Source: an uncultured Coriobacteriaceae bacterium (GTDB lineage Bacteria; Bacillota; Clostridia; Oscillospirales; Acutalibacteraceae). From it: a stretch of 64,000 bases of DNA. The DNA is taken from the NCBI GenBank assembly GCA_963648385.1, contig CAVJDU010000001.1, positions 19,579 to 83,578 of the forward strand, written 5' to 3'. A program made the position numbers and the translations under genes. Positions 46,047-55,249 of this stretch are shown in pieces (within the stretch, counting starts at the first letter, position 1; each line of letters begins with the position of its first letter). The notes beneath the pieces are model-generated. The model had not been told where the DNA came from. It did not search any database and saw only the letters and a program-made list of their open reading frames with translations.

Positions 46047-47051
46047 ATGAAAAAGGAAAACTCAAAAATACGCTACATAGCTTTGCTTTGTTCATTTATT
46101 ATAGTGTTCAGCGTTGCGCTGACGGGCTGCGGTTCTGTGAAAAAAATTACGCAGAAAAAAAGTTCCGCTGGCTCGGACGAGATTCAGATCGGCGAAAACA
46201 CTGATGTACTTGAAGGTCCTACGCAGATCGTTGTCGGAGATGACGGTCAGTCTTATATTGTCGATAACAGCGGCCATTCGGTTGTATATAATTCCAATCA
46301 GTCCGGCAGTTCATACAGCGCAAAAAATGTGACACCGAATACCGGCACGGCAGCAACGACCAACGCAACAAAATCGACAGTCGCAACAACGAAAAAAGTT
46401 ACAACTACGAAAAGATCCACCACGACCAAGACCGAGTCCACAACGGCAACTCCGAGTGCGGTTTACAATGCGCTTGCCGCTCAGAGGAAGTTCGGGTTCA
46501 ACAAGCTCTATGACAAGGGTGCTCAGTGGGTCAATTTCTATCTTCAAACCATCAGATGTTATTTCACATATAACGATAAGGACTGGCTCATTGAGCTTTG
46601 GAAGGGCGAATATGCCATGGCGACCGTCGGTTGTGAGGTCGGATTTTATAACCGTGACCACAATCAGGCATTGCTTGAAAATCCCGGTCCGGAATGGCTG
46701 CATTATTCAAGCGTAGGCGATGAGGACGCAATGCAGGTTTCCATGAAGCTTTGGCAGTATGAAAAGGCGGCGAATTCAACACCTGTTCAGAAGATCAATT
46801 ATTCAAAGCGTCTTTGCTGGTGGGCGGCGGATTTTGAAACGGGCGTGCTTGAGAATCACCGTGACCAGACAACGCTTATCATGGTTGCGACCATAGACTT
46901 TACAACGGATAAAATGATGAACCTTTTCCTTGATCAGCTTGATGAAAAGGGCTTCACGGAAGGAAGCATCAATTCCTATCACAATTACGACAGATATTCC
47001 GTCAGCGGAAAGACAGTAACTATCTGCTGGAGAAACTTCAATGAAGACTGA
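46047..47051 (+). CDS. Lipoprotein with a Thr-rich linker and a conserved C-terminal domain of unknown function (possibly DUF4474-like)
   Basis: Lipobox ALTGCGS. The linker is TTNATKSTVATTKKVTTTKRSTTTKTESTTA. The C-terminal block is DKDWLIELWKGEYAMATVGCEVGFYN. The family assignment is from memory only. Confidence 0.55.
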   Translation: MKKENSKIRYIALLCSFIIVFSVALTGCGSVKKITQKKSSAGSDEIQIGENTDVLEGPTQIVVGDDGQSYIVDNSGHSVVYNSNQSGSSYSAKNVTPNTGTAATTNATKSTVATTKKVTTTKRSTTTKTESTTATPSAVYNALAAQRKFGFNKLYDKGAQWVNFYLQTIRCYFTYNDKDWLIELWKGEYAMATVGCEVGFYNRDHNQALLENPGPEWLHYSSVGDEDAMQVSMKLWQYEKAANSTPVQKINYSKRLCWWAADFETGVLENHRDQTTLIMVATIDFTTDKMMNLFLDQLDEKGFTEGSINSYHNYDRYSVSGKTVTICWRNFNED

Positions 47052-47115
47052 TATTAAGCACAAATAAGTTTTTGACGAAATTGTAGGTTTTTTTGCTTTA
47101 ATTTCCCAAAATCGC

Positions 47116-47144
47116 TTGACTTTTGTATTAATATGGGTTACAAT
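47116..47144 (+). promoter_or_regulatory. Sigma-A promoter
   Basis: TTGACT, 17-nt spacer, TACAAT. Confidence 0.6.
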
Positions 47145-47181
47145 ACCCATGCTAATAAATATTATGAAAGGATGAATTCGT

Positions 47182-47682
47182 ATGAAAAAGTTCTTGGCAG
47201 TTCTTATGGTAGCCGCTGTCTGCGCAACCGTAGCATTCTCAGTTCGTGCTGAAAACGACGCTGTTGAAGAAGTTCCCGAGACAACAACCTCCACTATCGA
47301 AGGTGCTGTTTCCGCTCTTCAGAATGATGAGAAGGCTGAAGAAATCGCAGGCGAGATCGTTGATGCGATTAAGACAGGCGCTGCAAAAGAAGATGTATCT
47401 GACCTTGTTGCAACTCTTGAGAAGTACATCAACAATAAGGGCATCGGTTCTGATGAGCTTCAGGATCCCGGCGCACTTCGTGATGTTGTTGACGCATTCC
47501 TTACAGATGCTGGCGTAGATACCGAGGCTCTTAACAACGCTATTGCTAACAGCATGATCGCTAATAAGGCTCTTGAGATTTACTACAAGCCTGAAGACAC
47601 AACAACGACTACACAGCCGGACGAAGATGAGCCTACGACTGAGTCTGAGCCGGAAGTTCCCGCATGCGGCTTCGTTGGCTGA
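47182..47682 (+). CDS. Small secreted acidic protein, function unknown
   Basis: Signal peptide MKKFLAVLMVAAVCATVAFSVRA. The mature part is rich in Asp/Glu and has a TTTTTQPDEDEPTTESEPE tail. It has its own promoter and terminator. Confidence 0.6.
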   Translation: MKKFLAVLMVAAVCATVAFSVRAENDAVEEVPETTTSTIEGAVSALQNDEKAEEIAGEIVDAIKTGAAKEDVSDLVATLEKYINNKGIGSDELQDPGALRDVVDAFLTDAGVDTEALNNAIANSMIANKALEIYYKPEDTTTTTQPDEDEPTTESEPEVPACGFVG

Positions 47683-47704
47683 TTTTCTTATTAAATTGCA
47701 GTTT

Positions 47705-47734
47705 AAAGGTGATGGAAGTTCCGTCACCTTTTTG
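47705..47734. terminator. Terminator between convergent genes
   Basis: AAGGTGATGG-aagtt-CCGTCACCTT followed by TTT. Confidence 0.7.
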
Positions 47735-47797
47735 CTTTATTAACTGTTTTTTAACAATTATTTAATTTGCAGGCAGTAATTTTATTGTCTAATATCA

Positions 47798-48334
47798 TTA
47801 GGCAATTGTCGTTTGCTCGGTAGTGACGGACAGAGTGGGGCGGGCTATATCCTCCTCGTTTATTTCTCTTTTAAGAGTCGGCATACCGTTGGTGTTCAGC
47901 TCATTGTCTATTTTGTTGAGTATCATCGTTTTTCCAAGCGAATAGTCGTTGACCGTAAGCTTAAATTTTTCCGATGTGCCCGGCTCTTTGAAAAATTTTT
48001 TGCTTTTTTCGTCAGAAAAGCCGGTAAAAGCTTCCGTTATCGAAATGCACAGAGGCTCAAAATTTTTTTCATTGCCGCTTTTTACGGTTACGGTGCACTG
48101 AACGATTTCACCGTCCTCGGCGGCATAAAAGCAAAGCAGAGCACCGCTTTCCGCTTTCTTGTAGACGAATGAATTGTCGCTTTTTGAAACGATGAACATG
48201 GAGCTTTTTAACTCGCTGCCGGATATAGAGTTGTATTTTTTCAGCAGCTCATCAATATTCAGCTTTTCTTGACCCACACAGGCGGTCAAAAGGCCTGTTA
48301 TTAACAAAGAAAATATTATTTTGAGGGCTTTCAT
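47798..48334 (-). CDS. Lipoprotein, function unknown
   Basis: Lipobox LLTACVG follows MKALKIIFSLLITG. SD GGGAGAA. Confidence 0.6.
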   Translation of the reverse strand: MKALKIIFSLLITGLLTACVGQEKLNIDELLKKYNSISGSELKSSMFIVSKSDNSFVYKKAESGALLCFYAAEDGEIVQCTVTVKSGNEKNFEPLCISITEAFTGFSDEKSKKFFKEPGTSEKFKLTVNDYSLGKTMILNKIDNELNTNGMPTLKREINEEDIARPTLSVTTEQTTIA

Positions 48335-48390
48335 TTTGTTCTCCCGAAAAATATTGATATTATATAGATATAAAGTTAAGGGGTGCGTTT

Positions 48391-49986
48391 ATGCAGCAGA
48401 AAAAGAAAAAAAATAAAAAGGTCATAATTCTCTGCTCAATTTTGGCGGTGGCTGTTCTCTCCGTTGCGGCTTATATGATTTTTAAGCCCGAGGAGAAACT
48501 TGAGGTCAGCACCGTTGAGGTCACAAAGCAGACGATCAATGAAACACTCGACACAACCGGAACGGTTTCAACCGCATCGGAGAAGTCATATGCTTTGATC
48601 GACAAGGTGAAAGTCAAGACGGTCAATGTTAAGGTCGGCGATACGGTCAAGGCGGGCGATACGCTTGCGACCTTTGATGTTTCGTCGCTCGAAACTGCGC
48701 TTAACGAAAAGGAAAACAACTATCAGAAGGCTCTTGCCGCTTATAATAAGGCGAAGAATGCTTCATCCTCGGCAAGCCAGAAAATAACCTCAACGAAGAA
48801 GCAGATTTCGGATCTTGAGGCTCAGATAGAGACTCTCAAGTCCAAGTCAAGCACCACGACTGCCGCCTCATCATCAACAACAACGAAGAAGGAAAGCGGA
48901 GTTAAAGTCTCGGACGATCTCGTGAAGAGATTTATCAAGGTTGCGAAGCTTTTCGGAGTCGAATATGACGAGGCAACGGCAAGAAAGGTACTCACATCGC
49001 TCCTTTCGGCGGGTTCAAGCACATCGGATATTTCGGGCTTGCTTGACAATCTCGGAACTATAGCCGGCAGCTCAGGCTCTTTTGATATGAATGCGTTGGC
49101 GCAGATGAGCGGCGGTTCAAGCGCACTTATCAATGCGGAGATGTCACTTGTTCAGCTCAAGGCGCAGCTTGCAACGCTTGAATTGCAGTCGAACGACACA
49201 TATCTTTCGGTTTATAAAACCGTTTATGAAAACGCACAGTCGGAATATGAAAAGGCACTCACCCAAACCAATGAAATGAAGCAAGGCTGGATCGCAGAGC
49301 AGGAGGGTCTTGTCAGCGAGGTTAATATCACCGTCGGTGAAACGATAGAGGTTCAAACGGCGGTTGACGGAAAGGATATTGATATAAGCACAATCATTTC
49401 TTCAATTTCCTCCGGACTCGATGTTTCGAAGATGGTAAGCGCATTCTTCGGCTCGGAGAAGGTGGGCATTAAGGTGCTCAATTATCCTCTTGTTGCCGAT
49501 ATTTCGCTCAGCAAATATGATGTGCTTGATGTTAGCCTTAACCAAGAGGTTTCGGTCAAATCGGCAAGTAATGAAATCTACGAAGGCAGGGTTTCCTATG
49601 TCGGCGCAGTTGCGACATCATCGAGCGGCTCGATCGACCTCAATTCCATAATGTCCGGCGGCAGCAGCTCAAGCACCATTCCTGCACAGGTAACGATCGA
49701 GAACGGCGACAAGTCTTTCATCGTCGGAACGGATGTTGATGTTTCGATAATCACCGACACGCAGGAAAATGCGCTTGTTGTGCCGGTCGAGGCTATCATT
49801 ATCGACGGTTCTGATGTGTATGTTTATGTATATAATCAGGACGAATCGACCGCCGAAAAGAAAAAGGTCACTCTCGGAATCTCCAATGATACCTATTATC
49901 AGGTTATTTCCGGTGTGAGCGAAGGCGATATCCTTATCAAGAACACAAGCGGACTTGAGGACGGAGTGAAGGTTAAGCTGAAGTAA
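48391..49986 (+). CDS. HlyD/MacA-type membrane fusion (periplasmic adaptor) protein
   Basis: It has an N-terminal TM segment, a lipoyl-like hairpin (VKVGDTVKAGDTLATFD), a long coiled-coil/Ser-Thr-rich insert, and a beta-barrel C-terminus (ALVVPVEAI). Confidence 0.75.
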   Translation: MQQKKKKNKKVIILCSILAVAVLSVAAYMIFKPEEKLEVSTVEVTKQTINETLDTTGTVSTASEKSYALIDKVKVKTVNVKVGDTVKAGDTLATFDVSSLETALNEKENNYQKALAAYNKAKNASSSASQKITSTKKQISDLEAQIETLKSKSSTTTAASSSTTTKKESGVKVSDDLVKRFIKVAKLFGVEYDEATARKVLTSLLSAGSSTSDISGLLDNLGTIAGSSGSFDMNALAQMSGGSSALINAEMSLVQLKAQLATLELQSNDTYLSVYKTVYENAQSEYEKALTQTNEMKQGWIAEQEGLVSEVNITVGETIEVQTAVDGKDIDISTIISSISSGLDVSKMVSAFFGSEKVGIKVLNYPLVADISLSKYDVLDVSLNQEVSVKSASNEIYEGRVSYVGAVATSSSGSIDLNSIMSGGSSSSTIPAQVTIENGDKSFIVGTDVDVSIITDTQENALVVPVEAIIIDGSDVYVYVYNQDESTAEKKKVTLGISNDTYYQVISGVSEGDILIKNTSGLEDGVKVKLK

Positions 49987-49998
49987 CGGAGGGCAGCT

Positions 49999-51240
49999 GT
50001 GGATATCAGAGAAAATATACGCATTGCGATTTTTAGTATAAAAACGAATATGATGCGCTCGCTTCTGACGATGCTCGGTATTATAATCGGCGTTGCTTCG
50101 GTCATTGCAATTATAACCATCGGCAGCGGCGGACGGGACTACATTGTCGGAATGATCAAGGACATGGGCTCGAATGTTATCCAGATCGGCGTTAATACCA
50201 ACACCGCCAATCAGTCGAATTATTTCACCGAGGACGATATTTCATCAATCAAAAAGCTCGGCACTGTTACCTATTGTTCGCCCTATGAGTTTTCGTTCGG
50301 ACAGGCGCAGGCGGAGAATTACGACGGATTTGTTTTTACAATCGCCGGCAATGAGGATCTGCTCTTTATCAATCAGATGGCAACCAAATACGGCAGATCA
50401 TGGACAAAGGACGAGTATGATCAGAAGCGGAATGTCTGCATTATCAGCACCGTGACGGCAAAGGAGATTTTCGGTAAAGAAAATTGCGTCGGCGAAACAA
50501 TAAATTATACAATAAGCAACACGACGGTTTCCTTGAAGGTTATCGGCGTTGTTGATATGACGCAGAATTCGATGATTTCTCAGGAGCAGATGGAAAGCAT
50601 GATGTCGTCGTATTCCTCAAGCCAAATGACAATGGGTATGATTGCAATTCCGGCGTCGCTCAACGGTGAGCTGAACGACAGGGTGAACAGATACACTCAG
50701 CTTTACATTATGGCGACCGATGACGCAGACCTCGATAATACCGGAGAATCGGCTCTTAATCTTATAAAAACAAGACACGGCAGCCTTGATGATTCGGTTT
50801 ACACGATGAACATAATGGCAACCTATATTGACCTGCTTGATTCCGTAATAAGCATTTTCACGACCTTTATTGCCGCAGTCAGCGCAATTTCGTTGCTTGT
50901 CGGCGGAATAGGCGTTATGAATATCATGCTTGTTTCGGTAACGGAACGAACACGGGAAATCGGCATCAGGAAAGCTCTCGGAGCAAAGACATCAACGATA
51001 ATGCTTCAGTTTTTGACGGAATCCGTTATTCTTTGTCTGCTCGGAGGAGCAATAGGCTTTGTGCTCGGCGTCGGCGGAGCATGGGCGGTTGCGGAGTATA
51101 TCAACATACCGATAAATGTTAAATTCTCAACGGTTCTTATCGCCGTAGGTTTCTCCAGCGCAATAGGAATTTTCTTCGGAATTTATCCGGCAAAGCGTGC
51201 GGCGCAGATGACGCCGATTGAGGCTTTGAGAAGAGACTGA
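49999..51240 (+). CDS. MacB/FtsX-type ABC transporter permease
   Basis: MRSLLTMLGIIIGVASV, a large extracytoplasmic domain, and a C-terminal FtsX region with RTREIGIRKALGA. GTG start follows GGAGGG. Confidence 0.85.
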   Translation: MDIRENIRIAIFSIKTNMMRSLLTMLGIIIGVASVIAIITIGSGGRDYIVGMIKDMGSNVIQIGVNTNTANQSNYFTEDDISSIKKLGTVTYCSPYEFSFGQAQAENYDGFVFTIAGNEDLLFINQMATKYGRSWTKDEYDQKRNVCIISTVTAKEIFGKENCVGETINYTISNTTVSLKVIGVVDMTQNSMISQEQMESMMSSYSSSQMTMGMIAIPASLNGELNDRVNRYTQLYIMATDDADLDNTGESALNLIKTRHGSLDDSVYTMNIMATYIDLLDSVISIFTTFIAAVSAISLLVGGIGVMNIMLVSVTERTREIGIRKALGAKTSTIMLQFLTESVILCLLGGAIGFVLGVGGAWAVAEYINIPINVKFSTVLIAVGFSSAIGIFFGIYPAKRAAQMTPIEALRRD

Positions 51241-51248
51241 AAAAGCTA

Positions 51249-51279
51249 AACCGGCTGCGGCAAAAAGTTGCAGCCGGTT
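51249..51279. terminator. Hairpin between convergent permease and acyl-CoA ligase genes
   Basis: AACCGGCTGC ... GCAGCCGGTT (10-bp stem). The U-tract is weak. Confidence 0.45.
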
Positions 51280-51367
51280 AATTATATAAAGCTGATGTAA
51301 TGGCATTCATGAATTGCCGCAGGACAAAGCAAGCCGCCTGAGCGATGAACTCAAGCGGTAATTTTTA

Positions 51368-52996
51368 TCAATATTTTCTTTTGATTTTGAGTGTTGTTGT
51401 TTTCGGGAACTCGGTGTCTCGAATTTTTGTTTTTGTAACCTGCTTGTATGTCGGGAGCTGCAAATTGATTGCACGGACATCTTTCTTGAGCCTTTCCTTG
51501 GCGTCTGGGGTTTCGGTTTCGTCAAGGAAGAATTCAGCGGTTATTGCGCCGTTTTCTTCGTAAACAACGACCTCTTTTATGTAGTCAACGGTCAGAAGCT
51601 TGTCTTCAATTTCCTCCGGCGAAACATTTTTTCCGTTTGAAAGAACGATGAGATTTTTCTTGCGGCCTTTGAGGAAAAGGAAGCCGTCTTTATCCATGTA
51701 GCCGTAGTCTCCGGTCTTGAACCATTCGCCGTCAAAGGTTTCGGCTGTTGCTTCCGGTTCGTCATAATAGCCCATCATGACATTTGAGCCTTTTGCGTAA
51801 ACCTCGCCTACACCCTCGTCGTCCGGGTCTTTTATCATAACATCGTTGCATTCAAGCGCATAGCCGGCGCTGCCGACTTTATAATTGCTGAGCCTGTTGC
51901 AGGTGATGATCGGTGAGCACTCCGTTGTGCCGTAGCCGTTGATTACCTGAATTCCCAAATCATAAAGTCCCTGCTCATATTTTGAGTCGAGAGCTGCTCC
52001 GCCGCAGATTATCATTTCAAGATTTCCGCCGAGGTTATCAATAACCTCTTTGAAAAGTTTTCTTCTGATGTCAATGCCGATTTTCATCAGAGCATTGCTG
52101 AGTTTGATGCCCTTTTTGAGCTTCTCTTCCTTGCCCTCCTTGCGCGCGGTGAACCAAATCTTTTTGTAGATGGTTTCAACCGCAAGGGGAACGGCTGTTA
52201 TGTGCTGAGGATGCTGGTCAAACATATCTTTCTGAAGATTTCTGAGACTGCCGCAAATATAGCCCCATTCCGAAAGCAGGGGACTTGCAAAAAGTGCGCT
52301 TGCCCATGAAAGAGTATGGTTAAACGGCAAAAATGCGACCGTCTGACTTGCCGTCATTGCTCGGCAGGTGGCGATGGCGTTGGTGGCAACATTTCTCTGC
52401 GAGAGCATAACGCCCTTGCTCTTGCCCGTTGTACCCGAGGTGTAAACGATGAATCCGAGATCGTCGGGCTTAACATCATCGCTGAGGTAGTTTTTTGCGC
52501 CGCCGTTAAGCTCGTCGTGACCTTTTTTAACAAGTTCGTCAAAATCCTCAATTTTGAGATAAATCGAAATTTTGACATCGGGATTTTCCTGCATCATTTT
52601 TATTGCGGGAGCAAAATCATTTGAATAATAAATTGCGTCGCAGCCGCTTCTGACCATGAGGTCAACAAGATCCTTGTTCGGAAGCTTCGGGTCAAGCGGA
52701 ATCGCAATCATATGACCGCTGGCGATCGAGTAAAACGCCGCTATCCAATAATAGCTGTTTTCGCTGAGAATAGCAACCTTTTTGCCTCGTAAACCGAGGC
52801 TGTAAAGATGCTGACCCAGACCGGTTGCGTCGTAAAACACCTCGTCAAAGCTTTTTTCGCAATAGTTGCCTGCCTTATCCTTGAAGGCGTATTGCTTCTT
52901 CTGCTTTCCCTGCTTTGCGCCGTAAACAATAATATCCTTGACCGTGTTCATGTTGGGAATATTACCGTATTTTCTGTATTTTACTTTTGCTTTCAT
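51368..52996 (-). CDS. Long-chain-fatty-acid--CoA ligase (AMP-forming adenylation superfamily)
   Basis: IVYTSGTTGKSKGVMLS (AMP-binding motif), GYGTTE, TGDYGYMDKDGFLFLKGRKKN. I prefer ATG 52996 after GGAGGAAA over the track start at 53101. Confidence 0.8.
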   Translation of the reverse strand: MKAKVKYRKYGNIPNMNTVKDIIVYGAKQGKQKKQYAFKDKAGNYCEKSFDEVFYDATGLGQHLYSLGLRGKKVAILSENSYYWIAAFYSIASGHMIAIPLDPKLPNKDLVDLMVRSGCDAIYYSNDFAPAIKMMQENPDVKISIYLKIEDFDELVKKGHDELNGGAKNYLSDDVKPDDLGFIVYTSGTTGKSKGVMLSQRNVATNAIATCRAMTASQTVAFLPFNHTLSWASALFASPLLSEWGYICGSLRNLQKDMFDQHPQHITAVPLAVETIYKKIWFTARKEGKEEKLKKGIKLSNALMKIGIDIRRKLFKEVIDNLGGNLEMIICGGAALDSKYEQGLYDLGIQVINGYGTTECSPIITCNRLSNYKVGSAGYALECNDVMIKDPDDEGVGEVYAKGSNVMMGYYDEPEATAETFDGEWFKTGDYGYMDKDGFLFLKGRKKNLIVLSNGKNVSPEEIEDKLLTVDYIKEVVVYEENGAITAEFFLDETETPDAKERLKKDVRAINLQLPTYKQVTKTKIRDTEFPKTTTLKIKRKY

Positions 52997-53201
52997 TCTA
53001 TTTCCTCCGTATCCAGAAGTATCTATTTTTAAATCAGCAGTTATTTCGAGATTATCTTGACATGCAATGAATAGTGTAACACAATACGGCGTGAAATTCA
53101 AGCGGTTTTGTTGTTCGAAATCTTAATTTTTGATTAAGATTTTGTCATAGCGAAAGGCAGCAATTTAATCAGCGGTTACTCGTTTTCTTTTTTGTGAATA
53201 A

Positions 53202-53230
53202 TTGACGGCACGGGTATTTAATGATATAAT
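53202..53230 (+). promoter_or_regulatory. Sigma-A promoter with an extended -10
   Basis: TTGACG, 17-nt spacer, TG-a-TATAAT. The track's TTG start codon at 53202 is the -35 hexamer. Confidence 0.65.
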
Positions 53231-53252
53231 CAAAGCGGTGATTAAATTGAGT

Positions 53253-54497
53253 ATGAGAAAGCAGATAAAATTCAACAACGGACGGCTTAAAGTTTTGCAG
53301 ATTTCGGATTTGCAGGATAATCGTTTCACCTGCGTTGATACGCTTCGCTTTATGGAGGCGGCGGTGAAAAACATAAAACCCGATCTGATCGTTTTTACGG
53401 GCGATCAGCTTGATGTTGTTGACCTTTGGGGCAAGGGCGAGAAGTGCCGAAAAAATGTTGAAACGGCTATCAACCGACTTTTCAGCGTTTTTGAAAGCTT
53501 TGATATTCCATTTGTGCTGACCTTCGGCAACCATGACCGTGAAACGGGTCTGCCAAATGATGAGCAGGCGAAAATCTATGCGAGAATGAAAAACTGTATC
53601 TGCTTTGATGATTTGAACGACGGCAGACCCGACGCCGCAACCTTCAATGTCCCGATCCTGTCCTCCGACGGAAGTCGCACGGCGATGAATATTTATCTTG
53701 TTGATACCGGCACAAAAATCAAGGGCGTTTATCAGGGCGTAAAAAAAGAGCAGCTTGAATGGCTTGACAAAACAAGCCGTGAAGTCAATGCGGATTCGAT
53801 CGTTTTTCAGCACATTCCGGTTGACGAAATATATGAATTGCTTGAAAAAGTTCCGAAGGGCACGAAGGGTGCAGAACCTGCCTACGGAAATCGCAGCGGA
53901 GAATTTTATAAACGCAGGGACGAAATAAAATTCATGGGCGAATACGGCGAAACTCCTGCGGCTTTGCCCCGTGAGTGCGGCGAATTTGAACAGCTGAAAA
54001 AGCAGGGCGATATTTTTGCCGTTTATTGCGGTCATGACCATTATGACAGCTTTATCGGTACGGTTGACGGAATCGACCTCGGCTATTGCCCCGGCGCAGG
54101 CTACAATACCTACGGCTTGCGACAAAGAGCGGTCAGAGTGTTTGAATTTGACGAAAACGATGTGAAGAATTACAAGACTTATACGGTCAATTACGGAGAT
54201 GTTTGCGATAAACCGCTTGCCGAACCGGTCAAAACATTTATTTTCAGCGTTTCGCCATCGTGCACGGCGCAGCTGCCGATGTTTGCGGTAAAGCTTTTAC
54301 TGTCGCTTGCGCTGATTGCCGGTTTGCTTGTTCTTTTGGCTAAGGCGGTCGGAGCCGAAATAGTTATCGGCGTCCTGTTGGGAATACTTTCCGTTGCGGT
54401 GATCTACTTCGGCGGAGCGATAATTTATAATATTGTTACAAGAAAAAAGCTGATTGAGAGGTATCGAGATGAACAAGGTAATCAAAACAATTCTTGA
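53253..54497 (+). CDS. Calcineurin-like metallophosphoesterase with C-terminal transmembrane segments
   Basis: LQISDLQD, FTGDQLD, TFGNHD and GHDH motifs. The tail is hydrophobic (LLLSLALIAGLLVLL...). Confidence 0.75.
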   Translation: MRKQIKFNNGRLKVLQISDLQDNRFTCVDTLRFMEAAVKNIKPDLIVFTGDQLDVVDLWGKGEKCRKNVETAINRLFSVFESFDIPFVLTFGNHDRETGLPNDEQAKIYARMKNCICFDDLNDGRPDAATFNVPILSSDGSRTAMNIYLVDTGTKIKGVYQGVKKEQLEWLDKTSREVNADSIVFQHIPVDEIYELLEKVPKGTKGAEPAYGNRSGEFYKRRDEIKFMGEYGETPAALPRECGEFEQLKKQGDIFAVYCGHDHYDSFIGTVDGIDLGYCPGAGYNTYGLRQRAVRVFEFDENDVKNYKTYTVNYGDVCDKPLAEPVKTFIFSVSPSCTAQLPMFAVKLLLSLALIAGLLVLLAKAVGAEIVIGVLLGILSVAVIYFGGAIIYNIVTRKKLIERYRDEQGNQNNS

Positions 54498-55011
54498 AAG
54501 ACAGACGATAAGATCCTATAAAAAAGAGCAGATCACTGACGAACAGCTTGACCTGCTCATTCAGGCGGCGAAAAAAGCTCCGAGCGGAAGAAATATGCAG
54601 CCGTGCCATGTCCGCTTTATCCAGAACGGAGAAATGCTTGACCGAATGAATACCGATTTCAAGGAGCTTGTCGGCTATGACACGCCAGCCTATACCCGCT
54701 GGGATGTAAATCCCGTTTATCACAACGCTCCGACATTTGCGGTTCTTTTTGCCGAAAACGAGAGCTACATGGACGGCGGAATCATGTGCGAAAACATTTG
54801 CATTGCCGCTCAAAGCCTCGGGCTCGGAACATGTATAATCGCAAGCGTCGGCGCACTCTTTGCTGACGGAAACGCCGAGGGCAACAAGTGGAAAAGAGCT
54901 TGGGACATCCCCGAAAATTATAAATTCCTTATCGCCGTTGCGATTGGCTATCCCGATGAAAAACCGGAGCAGAAGCCCCGTTTTGACGACCGCATAAAGG
55001 TAATACGATGA
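54469..55011 (+). CDS. Nitroreductase family protein
   Basis: ILERQTIRSYK...APSGRNMQPCH. It overlaps the preceding gene by 29 nt. Confidence 0.85.
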   Translation: MNKVIKTILERQTIRSYKKEQITDEQLDLLIQAAKKAPSGRNMQPCHVRFIQNGEMLDRMNTDFKELVGYDTPAYTRWDVNPVYHNAPTFAVLFAENESYMDGGIMCENICIAAQSLGLGTCIIASVGALFADGNAEGNKWKRAWDIPENYKFLIAVAIGYPDEKPEQKPRFDDRIKVIR

Positions 55012-55226
55012 AATACTCGATAGACAGAATTGAAGAAAATATCGCCGTTTGCGAGGGAGATGACGGCTGCGTCTTGAAGCTGACGCTTGATGAGCTGCCG
55101 AAAAATATCCGTGAGGGCGATATCATAGAAAAAACGAAACTCGGCTTCGTAATTGATGCCGACGAAACACAGCTCCGCCGCAAAAAAACAGTGAAGCTGC
55201 AAAGGAATTTGTTTGGAAAGAAATAA
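55008..55226 (+). CDS. DUF3006-like small protein
   Basis: MKYSIDRIEENIAVCEGDDG....LPKNIREGDII pattern. There is a 4-nt overlap with the nitroreductase gene. Confidence 0.55.
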   Translation: MKYSIDRIEENIAVCEGDDGCVLKLTLDELPKNIREGDIIEKTKLGFVIDADETQLRRKKTVKLQRNLFGKK

Positions 55227-55249
55227 TGAACTCGTACAAGGGTGATTGA

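Noticed and set aside
53202-53252. The N-terminal extension of the metallophosphoesterase ORF, which uses a TTG start at 53202.
   Set aside because: The sequence is a near-consensus extended -10 promoter (TTGACG, 17 nt, TGaTATAAT), so it should not be translated.
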